A DNA stretch of 64,000 nt. Source: Candidatus Marinacidobacterales bacterium. Lineage in GTDB: Bacteria; Acidobacteriota; Vicinamibacteria; Marinacidobacterales; DATDRI01. The DNA is taken from positions 672,001 to 736,000 of the forward strand of contig OZ245365.1 in NCBI GenBank assembly GCA_965226495.1, in the 5' to 3' direction. The translations under genes and the position numbers were made by a program. Below the pieces are notes generated by a model. It was given only the letters and a program-made list of their open reading frames with translations. It had not been told where the DNA came from and did no database searches. Shown piece by piece: positions 56,939 to 64,000 of the stretch; the first letter of the stretch is position 1, and each line of letters starts with the position of its first letter.

Positions 56939-58405
56939 CTATTGGATGTAGCCCAGGGAGCGCAGCTCTTCCCGGACGCGCGGCGGAAGGTCGACGCTTT
57001 CTGCTCCTTCCGGCGTGGCGCGGACCGAAAATGCTTTCGATTCTCGTTGGAGCAAGGCCGACCTGAGTTCGTCGAACTTTTGGCGCGCTCCCGGGCTCAA
57101 AGTTCGTTCGTCTTTCCACTGGAGCGGCCTATGCTCACCGGGGTCGTTACCTAGATCGAACAAGAGCTCGGTCTCTGCGTCACGGTTCACGATGTACTTG
57201 AAGTGAGGGGTGCGCAGCGAGGTCCAGTCACCGCTCCGTCGCAAGCTCGAGATCGCCCCGGCGCGCTGGAGAGAAGCTTTACCCTTGAGGGTGTCTCCCA
57301 AGTTTCTGCCCCCGACGCCGTTCAACGGGTCGCCCGGTTCTTCGATGCCTGCGAAGGCAAGTAGAGTCGGCAGGATGTCGAGATGGCTCACCTGCTCCGA
57401 AATGCGGACTCCTGCTTGTACTTCTCCCGGTAGCCTTACGATCATCGGGATCTGGATAACTTCATCGAAAAGCGTGCGGTAGTGACCCTTGTCGCCATGC
57501 TCGAAGAACTCCACACCGTGGTCAGAAGTCACCACGATCAGCGTGTTCTCACGCAAGCCGTTGCGGTCCAGCGCGTCGATCAAATAGCCGATTTCGCGAT
57601 CGGTATAGAGGATCTCAGCATCGTACAGGGCGACTAAGTGGTCTAGGTCTCTCGGATCCATGTTGGCGTTGATTGCTTCGTTCTCTTGAAAGTACTCACC
57701 GGTCATCGTTCCCTGATAGTCAGCGTCGAATTTGCGCCAAAGCTCTTCGGGGGCCATGTAGTCGAAATGCACATCGAAGTAATGCAGGAAGAGAAAGAAA
57801 CGCTGATCGGACACTGTACCTAGAAACTCGATCGCCTTTTCGGTGATGAGGTGGCTGGTGACGATGCGGTGCGACATGAAATTCGTCTTCTTGACTTTGC
57901 TGTCGGTTCCTGGAATGGTGGGATCGAAATCCACCTCGTCGTAGACCGTCTTGCCCATCGCGCTCTCGTAGCTATCGAACCCGCGGCCGAAGCCGAAGAT
58001 GGGATGCAGGTAAGGCCCGCTGAACACACCGTAGGTGCGATAGCCTCGCTCGCTCAGGATTTGAGCAAGGGTCGAGTAGTCGGCGCTGAGCGTCGAGCCC
58101 GAGAAGTACTCGACACCGTGGGTCTGGGCTGGCAACCCGGTAAGCATCGTCATGTGCGTCGGCAAGGTCCAGGAGCTTTCCGCAATCACATTCTCGAAGA
58201 GCGTTCCTTCCTGAGCCAGGCGATCCAATGTGGGCGTCGTTTCTCTCGGATAGTCATAGGAGTGGACGTGATCGGCTCGCAATGAGTCGATCGAGATGAG
58301 AAGAATGTTGACCGGCTGTTGCTCCGGGCGCCCGGCGCAAGACACGGTGAGCCCGGTGAACGTGATGAGCCCGATCGCTAGAAAGCTTCTAGGAAATATC
58401 GTCAC
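56939..58405 (-). CDS. Sulfatase-fold lipoprotein
   Basis: Lipobox TVS-C, ISIDSLRADH, SSWTLPTH, FDVHFDY, TSDHGVEFFEHGDKGH, tail ELRSLGYIQ. Confidence 0.9.
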   Translation of the reverse strand: MTIFPRSFLAIGLITFTGLTVSCAGRPEQQPVNILLISIDSLRADHVHSYDYPRETTPTLDRLAQEGTLFENVIAESSWTLPTHMTMLTGLPAQTHGVEYFSGSTLSADYSTLAQILSERGYRTYGVFSGPYLHPIFGFGRGFDSYESAMGKTVYDEVDFDPTIPGTDSKVKKTNFMSHRIVTSHLITEKAIEFLGTVSDQRFFLFLHYFDVHFDYMAPEELWRKFDADYQGTMTGEYFQENEAINANMDPRDLDHLVALYDAEILYTDREIGYLIDALDRNGLRENTLIVVTSDHGVEFFEHGDKGHYRTLFDEVIQIPMIVRLPGEVQAGVRISEQVSHLDILPTLLAFAGIEEPGDPLNGVGGRNLGDTLKGKASLQRAGAISSLRRSGDWTSLRTPHFKYIVNRDAETELLFDLGNDPGEHRPLQWKDERTLSPGARQKFDELRSALLQRESKAFSVRATPEGAESVDLPPRVREELRSLGYIQ

Positions 58406-59820
58406 TGCACATAACCAAGGGATTCGAGGCGTTCGATCTCCTCTGGAGAGAGGACGATGTTCGGGCCACTGACGGATTGTCGTTCAGAGAAACGTTCGAG
58501 CGCTTCCTGAAGCCTGGCGACTTCTACCGAGCGTTTCTGGCCATCCCAGAGATTCTCTCGTTCTTCGGGATCGTTTTCCAAGTTGTACAGCTCATATCGG
58601 CCGGTATCGAGGTTGTAGATGAGCTTGCGCTGCTCCCACTCCACCATGATCTTGCGATCCTTCGTCCCCCAGGCGAAGCTGCCCTCACTGAAGATCGGTC
58701 GCCCGCTACTGCCTTTCGCGGCGAGTACCAGCAGGTCCTCCCCTTGGAACGGGTTGGTGTCGACCTGGGCCAGTCGGGCAAAGGTGTGGGCCAGGCTGGC
58801 GGGCTCTACCGCCTCCGAGTAACGCCGTCCCTGGAGCTCACGATCGATGTCTCCCCATATGATCAGCGGGACGTGAACGAGCTCGTCATAGACGTCTCTC
58901 CCGTGGCCGAAACGGCCTCGCTCCATGAAGTACTCGCCGTGATCGGCGGTCAAGGCAGCGATCGTCGGTCGCCGCAACGGTAAGTTTCCAATAGCTCGGA
59001 AGAGGCGGCCGATGGACTCGTCTGTAAACGCGATCTCCTCGTCATACACCGCGGTGACCGTTGTCAGCGAGAAAGGATCGGGGACGGTGTCGTCCCCCAA
59101 GGCTTCGGCGGCTCTTCGGAGCTCGCCGGCGCGGAGGCGATCGGGTACCTGCTTCGGCGGGCCATGGGCGAAGCGAAACTCCGGATGACGCACATAGGTT
59201 AGATGGGGATCGAAATAGTGTACCCATAGGAAGAAGGGCTCTTTCGCTTTCCTGCGGAGATACTTCATCGCCGTCCTCGTCACCTCGGGCGAAGTGACCG
59301 CCTCGTGGCCCTGGACCAGTGTGTCGTCGAAGGTGGCGAAGCCTTGATCGAAGTTGTAGCGCCGACTGACGAAGGTGTGCGTTACCACGGCGGTGGTGTC
59401 GTAGCCAACGTCCTGGAGTGACTCCGCGAGGGTCGTCAACTCGTTTCTTAGAGGGAGCTGGGCGCCGGTTGCCCCGTGCTCTCGGGGATAAAGAGAGGTG
59501 TGGATCGACGCGATACTGGGAAGGGTCCATGGAGCCGACGAGATCGCGCGCTCGAAAAGGACTCCCGATGCCGCGAGGCGATCGATGCGGGGCGAGGACG
59601 GACGATAGTGACCGTAGCAGCTAAGATGATCGGCTCGCAGCGTATCGACGGTGACGAGAACGAGATTGGGTTGCGGCCTGGGCACGTCGTCGGGGCCACC
59701 GCGACCATCGGTACAGGCACCGGCAGCAGAGAGGAAGCCCGAAAGTGCTGCAACGAGCTGCAAGAGTTCCCGCCGGGAGAGGGAAGCTGAAAATGGAGGC
59801 TCGGGGTCGGGTGCGATCAT
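58402..59820 (-). CDS. Sulfatase-fold lipoprotein with a twin-arginine signal
   Basis: SRRELLQ..AAGA-C, VTVDTLRADH, APWTLPS, FDPHLTY, TADHGEYF, tail RLESLGYVQ. ATG 59820. Confidence 0.9.
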   Translation of the reverse strand: MIAPDPEPPFSASLSRRELLQLVAALSGFLSAAGACTDGRGGPDDVPRPQPNLVLVTVDTLRADHLSCYGHYRPSSPRIDRLAASGVLFERAISSAPWTLPSIASIHTSLYPREHGATGAQLPLRNELTTLAESLQDVGYDTTAVVTHTFVSRRYNFDQGFATFDDTLVQGHEAVTSPEVTRTAMKYLRRKAKEPFFLWVHYFDPHLTYVRHPEFRFAHGPPKQVPDRLRAGELRRAAEALGDDTVPDPFSLTTVTAVYDEEIAFTDESIGRLFRAIGNLPLRRPTIAALTADHGEYFMERGRFGHGRDVYDELVHVPLIIWGDIDRELQGRRYSEAVEPASLAHTFARLAQVDTNPFQGEDLLVLAAKGSSGRPIFSEGSFAWGTKDRKIMVEWEQRKLIYNLDTGRYELYNLENDPEERENLWDGQKRSVEVARLQEALERFSERQSVSGPNIVLSPEEIERLESLGYVQ

Positions 59821-59912
59821 GCTTCTTCGGTGTGATGTCGGTTTCTTGCGTCGTCTCCTACCGAGGAACCAGAATAGTCCGGGCCAGGATTGAAACGCAA
59901 GCCTTGCGGTCT

Positions 59913-62033
59913 TTACGGGTTCGGGCCGGTTTCCCTTCCACTTCTGGCGAGGAGCCGCTCCACGTGTTCTTTTTCTTCGCGAGCGCGTTCCATTTGTTCC
60001 CAGAAGATGGCTCGACGTTCGGGGCCGAGACGCTCGAGCCACTTCTGATTGGTGGCCTTGTCCCGATTGATCATTTCCGCGATTCGGCCCCAATGAGCCC
60101 AATCCTCGATGATGCGTTGATCAGTGGGGGCCATTCGGGCGGCCGAGAGAAGAACAAGCGCGACCGAGAGCCATGCACCGGGGCGCGTCCACTGGCGAGA
60201 GAGGAAAGCGAAGAGCGCCGCCGCTGCCATGCCGCAGGCTACCGCCGGAAGATAACCCAAACGGATGTAGTCGGGGTAACGGATGTTGAACAGAGGAATG
60301 ACGGTGACGATGAGCCAGAACGTCGCGAAAACGAAAAGCGATCTCTCTCGGGCCCGACCGCGGATTAATAGCATGAGCCCAACCGTCAAGAAAAATGCAC
60401 TGCCAGCGTACAAATACAGTAGAGACTCGGCGCCTAGAAACTCGAAATCATAGGACGGGTAATAGGTCGGGATGAACGCAAAGCTCAGCAGTCGCAGCAG
60501 AGAATGCCAAAACTGCATCAAGGACCCCTCGGAAGCGACGGTCTTGATGGTGACCGCACTCAGTTTCTCGTGGAAGAGCGCGACCCAACAGACGGCATAG
60601 ATGACACTCACCCCGACGAGGAGCACCAGCATCCGGAGACTCTTGCGAGTCAGGCGCCGACGGCAAGCGGCAAAACCGAGAGCCACCGCGGGAAACGTGA
60701 TGGCAACCTCCTTGGATGCGAGCGCTCCGGCGTAGCCAACTCCAATCGGGACGAGCCCCGATGTGCTGCCCGGACGCAAGTAGCGCGCCACCGCCATAAG
60801 GGCCAGGAGGAAGAACGTGGTGGCCAGGACGTCGGTGCGCTCGCTGATCCAAGCCAAACCCGTAGCGGCCATGGGATGAAGGGCGAAGAATGTCGCTCCG
60901 GCGAGCGCCCATTTCCATCGCACCCAGCGGGCTAGGAACCACGCAACCAAAGTGGAGTTCAGAATGTGGAGAAGGATGTTGGTCAGGTGGAAGCCTGGCG
61001 GGCGCAAGCCGTAGAGATGATAGTCGACCTGAAAGAGCGTCACGATGAGCGGGCGGTAATAGTCGTTCCCGATGCCGGTCCAATTCCAAGTGCCGTAAAA
61101 GGTGAAGAGCCACTCACCGAGCGTAATGGGGCGAGCAAAATCGAAATCGTCCCAGAAAAAACCGCTTTGCAGGGCCGGTGCATAGACGGTGAAGATACTT
61201 CCGGCCAGCGTCGTGGCGACCGCCCATCTCGGGAGCCTGCGTCCGCGCGCCGAAAGGCGAGAGGTCAGCAAGGGTGGCGCCACGATCAACCCGAGCACGA
61301 AAACACGGAGGAACGGGACACTCCATGCGGGGAGGGCGTCGAAAACGTAGGGCCTCGCCGAGTGGAGACCGATCCACATCGCTGCGGTCATGGCGGCAAG
61401 AGACCAGCAAAAACGGATCGGCGCCACGACGCGGGCCAAGCCGAGGATGAACCAACACACTCCGGCGACGGCCACCGCCAGCCCTATCCAGAGTAAGCGA
61501 TGAGTGGGGACCTCGAGCCGCACCGTTCTCAGCTGCAAGCCCAAGACCCTCCGATCGCCCGATGCTGCGTCGTGCGCCGACGGCTGAAAAGGTTCGCTGT
61601 CGAGAAGCAAATCTAGATGAGCGCCTTCTTCCGGTCCGGTCCCGATCTTTACCGTTTGCCAATCCGCCTCCATGTCTCGATTCCAAATCTCTCGCTCATC
61701 GGTCTCGATGACCAAGCGAGGGGGCGGGAAATTGGGCGGGCGCCATCCTCTGACATCGAGCTCTAGCCGCACGCCGCGAGAGCGATCGATGCCGCGAAAA
61801 TGGACGACGGCGCGGGGCCGACTCCATCGAAACCCGACCGTCCCATTCGTCTCTGAGGGGTAGAAGCCCTCATGACCCCAGAGGTCGTTCGGATGGAGGG
61901 TGACACTCGGTGTACCCGCCATCGTCCCGATCACTACGGCGGCGACCAGGAGAAAAGAGGCAGGAAGAGGGGATGTGACCAGTCGTGGCAAACGAAGCTT
62001 CCTCAGCGGCCTCTTAGCGTGCCCTTCCGGCAA
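59913..62033 (-). CDS. GT-C membrane glycosyltransferase (PMT/TMTC-like) with a periplasmic beta-sandwich
   Basis: [40 protein letters not shown]-terminal GFYPSE..FRWS module. Confidence 0.8.
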   Translation of the reverse strand: MPEGHAKRPLRKLRLPRLVTSPLPASFLLVAAVVIGTMAGTPSVTLHPNDLWGHEGFYPSETNGTVGFRWSRPRAVVHFRGIDRSRGVRLELDVRGWRPPNFPPPRLVIETDEREIWNRDMEADWQTVKIGTGPEEGAHLDLLLDSEPFQPSAHDAASGDRRVLGLQLRTVRLEVPTHRLLWIGLAVAVAGVCWFILGLARVVAPIRFCWSLAAMTAAMWIGLHSARPYVFDALPAWSVPFLRVFVLGLIVAPPLLTSRLSARGRRLPRWAVATTLAGSIFTVYAPALQSGFFWDDFDFARPITLGEWLFTFYGTWNWTGIGNDYYRPLIVTLFQVDYHLYGLRPPGFHLTNILLHILNSTLVAWFLARWVRWKWALAGATFFALHPMAATGLAWISERTDVLATTFFLLALMAVARYLRPGSTSGLVPIGVGYAGALASKEVAITFPAVALGFAACRRRLTRKSLRMLVLLVGVSVIYAVCWVALFHEKLSAVTIKTVASEGSLMQFWHSLLRLLSFAFIPTYYPSYDFEFLGAESLLYLYAGSAFFLTVGLMLLIRGRARERSLFVFATFWLIVTVIPLFNIRYPDYIRLGYLPAVACGMAAAALFAFLSRQWTRPGAWLSVALVLLSAARMAPTDQRIIEDWAHWGRIAEMINRDKATNQKWLERLGPERRAIFWEQMERAREEKEHVERLLARSGRETGPNP

Positions 62034-62098
62034 AGCGAAGTCAACAGTTGTTCAGAACTGCTAGGCCGTCGAGGCCGTGCGCTATACTCGCCCGTCGC

Positions 62099-62862
62099 AT
62101 GATGAAAGAGCTGGTCGCCATCCGATGGCTTGCTTGCGCCGCCGCCCTGGCGCTCTTTTTCGAGAGCGGCTGTGGGGAGGGTGAGCCTCCGAGCTCTTCG
62201 CGGTACTTTTTCGTGGACCACGCGGAAGAAGTAGGACGTGAGTTGCCGCTGCGTAAGGGGTTGCAGCTAGCGACGTCGATTACTATGGCGGACGAGACGC
62301 GCCGGAGCTTGGTGCCTCCGATCCCTTCCCGCCTCGCGTTCGATGTCGAGGTCCCGAACGATCCGGTGCTGCGATTCGGAATCGGCGTGTTCACGTTCGA
62401 CGCGCCCGGCCTGGGGGCAGCGGTGGAGTTCCATCTGTATCTCGACGCGGGTGGCAACCCGGAGGAAGTTTTCGCAGGCGTTGTGGGGCGAGCCCGGCCC
62501 AATCTTTGGTTCGACCAGGAAGTGGATCTATCGACATGGCAAGGCTCGAGCGTACGTTTGATCCTCGAAACGAAGCAAAGGGGATCGGGTGAGGCTTCGG
62601 GAGAGCGTCCAGCGCTTGCGCTTTGGGGCAATCCGGTTCTTTCGAGTCGGAGCGAACGTTCCGAGCGTCCGAACGTCATCCTGATATCCATCGACTGTCT
62701 GCGCTCCGATCATCTCGGGAGCTACGGTTACTCCCGGAACACGACCCCGAGTATCGATGCCTTGGCCGGGGACGGCGTTCTGTTCGAGACGGCGGTGAGC
62801 ACGTCGTCGTGGACGAGCTTTTGCGGGAGAGGTTGGAGGCACTCGGATACCTCGACAACTGA
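62099..62862 (+). pseudogene. Sulfatase-fold lipoprotein with most of the catalytic domain deleted
   Basis: Lipobox ESG-C, beta-sandwich, [20 protein letters not shown], then an out-of-frame jump directly to the family C-terminus [16 protein letters not shown] (stop 62860-62862). Confidence 0.8.
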
Positions 62863-62890
62863 GTGTCGAGGGGTTCGCCTCCAGGTTGGC

Positions 62891-63706
62891 CTAGCCGGCG
62901 TAGGTCTCCTTCAGGTAGGTCAAGACGCGCCGCAGCTCGGCCGCAGTCTCCGCGTTCGGGTCGTGCCTCATCTCGACGGAGACGCATTCGGAGTACTCGA
63001 TTTGGCTCAGGAGAGATGCCAGGGTCTCATGATCGACGCCACCCTTGCCGAGCGCACCGAGGTTCGGTTCGCTGGCGTGGAAGTGACAAATCGATCCCGC
63101 GGCGCTCGTGAAGGCGGGCTCCAGCGACTCGCCACTAAGGGTCATGGCGGCGGCGTCGAGGTGGAGCCCGAAACCCGCACTATTTACCCTTCGCACCAGC
63201 TCTAGACCCTCCGCCGAAGTGGTTACGAAGTCGCAACCGTATTCCCGTGGGTTAGGCTCGATGCACAAGATCATGCCTTCCGCTCGCGCCGCGTCGCCCG
63301 CAGCCCCGAAGAAGGACACTGCGATGTCTTCCACCTCCTGCGGGGGGCGGCCGTTTACACGACGGTTCTTGGGAGAGCCGAAAACGAGGACTCGTGCTCC
63401 GAGCTTGCTTCCCAAACGCACGATACCCCGCAGGTAGTCGAGCGTCTCGGCGCGAGCCTCTGGGCTTCCGAAAACGGTGAGGTCGGGCCGCCCGAACAGT
63501 AGGGCTTGCAAAGCGACGATCTCGATCCCTCGCTGACTCCAAAACTCGCGATACCGCTCGAGATCGTCCGCGGTAGCGCGAAGGGGCTCGGCCCAAATCT
63601 TTGTGGGAGCGACTTCCACGCGGGTAAGGCTGGACTCGCGGACAATCTCTGCCGCCATCGGCTCGTCTTCGCTCGCCCAGGCGATGTTGGAAATGCAGAG
63701 GTTCAT
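62891..63706 (-). CDS. Sugar phosphate isomerase/epimerase (AP endonuclease 2 / xylose isomerase-like TIM barrel)
   Basis: [46 protein letters not shown] 63706. Confidence 0.85.
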   Translation of the reverse strand: MNLCISNIAWASEDEPMAAEIVRESSLTRVEVAPTKIWAEPLRATADDLERYREFWSQRGIEIVALQALLFGRPDLTVFGSPEARAETLDYLRGIVRLGSKLGARVLVFGSPKNRRVNGRPPQEVEDIAVSFFGAAGDAARAEGMILCIEPNPREYGCDFVTTSAEGLELVRRVNSAGFGLHLDAAAMTLSGESLEPAFTSAAGSICHFHASEPNLGALGKGGVDHETLASLLSQIEYSECVSVEMRHDPNAETAAELRRVLTYLKETYAG

Positions 63707-63713
63707 CTCGCGT

Positions 63714-64000
63714 TCATCTCGCGCCGGGCCCGCGGTTCGAAACGAACTCGCCAAGAGCCGCCAGGATCTCTTGTCGGTCGTACAAATACGGCCCCGATTT
63801 GCCGAACAGGTTGGCGTATTTGGTTTTCATGTCGTATCGCGCGGCATTCTCAACGTCGGGACTCTCGAGCTCGAAGCCGAATATTTCCTGGGCGATCTCT
63901 CCTACGCTAGTGGGCTCGGTCGCGAAGTTGATGAGGGGGAGTCGGTTCCTTCGCACCACGTCGATGTCTTGCCAAGCCCGGACGAGGGGATAGAACTGGA
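63714..64000 (-). CDS. C-terminal part of a probable NAD-dependent epimerase/dehydratase, truncated by the window edge
   Basis: Frame open to the window end: FQFYPLVRAWQDI..INFATEPTSVGEI..YDMKTKY. Family assignment is from memory of similar gene pairs. Confidence 0.55.
   Translation of the reverse strand, partial: QFYPLVRAWQDIDVVRRNRLPLINFATEPTSVGEIAQEIFGFELESPDVENAARYDMKTKYANLFGKSGPYLYDRQEILAALGEFVSNRGPGAR

Noticed and set aside
62816-63205. C-terminal part of ORF 62048..63205 as a real domain
   Set aside because: Out-of-frame read-through after the deletion, antisense to the isomerase gene.
1-64000. CRISPR arrays, tRNA/rRNA genes, IS elements, integrases and prophage genes
   Set aside because: None recognised. 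Intergenic gaps are short and no regularly spaced repeats or mobile-element proteins were seen. This was by eye, without covariance-model searches.

Overview
High-GC bacterial chromosome segment. The gene repertoire suggests Acidobacteriota/Vicinamibacteria (inference, no search run). Four blocks: (1) 1-10.8 kb signalling/pilus block with a HEAT-repeat protein, two membrane Ser/Thr kinases (DUF4388-kinase-TPR and kinase-PEGA-TonB_C), an RHH regulator and an orphan PilY1-like adhesin, with two sigma-54 promoters; (2) 10.9-16.5 kb CoA-dependent catabolic operon with an NSS transporter; (3) 17.5-29.9 kb cytochrome c maturation cluster (CxxxY-type CcmE, a ccmD missed by the ORF track, unusual accessory genes) next to a mycobacterial Sdh1-like (type F) succinate dehydrogenase; (4) 30-64 kb cell-envelope glycan island with six GT-C-type membrane glycosyltransferases, GT2/GT4 enzymes, rmlC/rmlD, DegT, SGNH, a GH-like barrel and a radical SAM enzyme. 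The best candidate for an undescribed system lies at 47.7-62.9 kb: seven predicted lipoproteins (five sulfatase-fold proteins with Thr instead of the formylglycine Cys/Ser, and two arylsulfotransferases) interleaved with GT-C genes. All seven share an LxxL(G/S/P)Y helix, at the C-terminus of the sulfatase-folds and the N-terminus of the ASSTs, suggesting an extracytoplasmic glycan-decoration relay. Two single-base frameshifts and one internal deletion are visible. No rRNA, tRNA, CRISPR array or mobile element was recognised.
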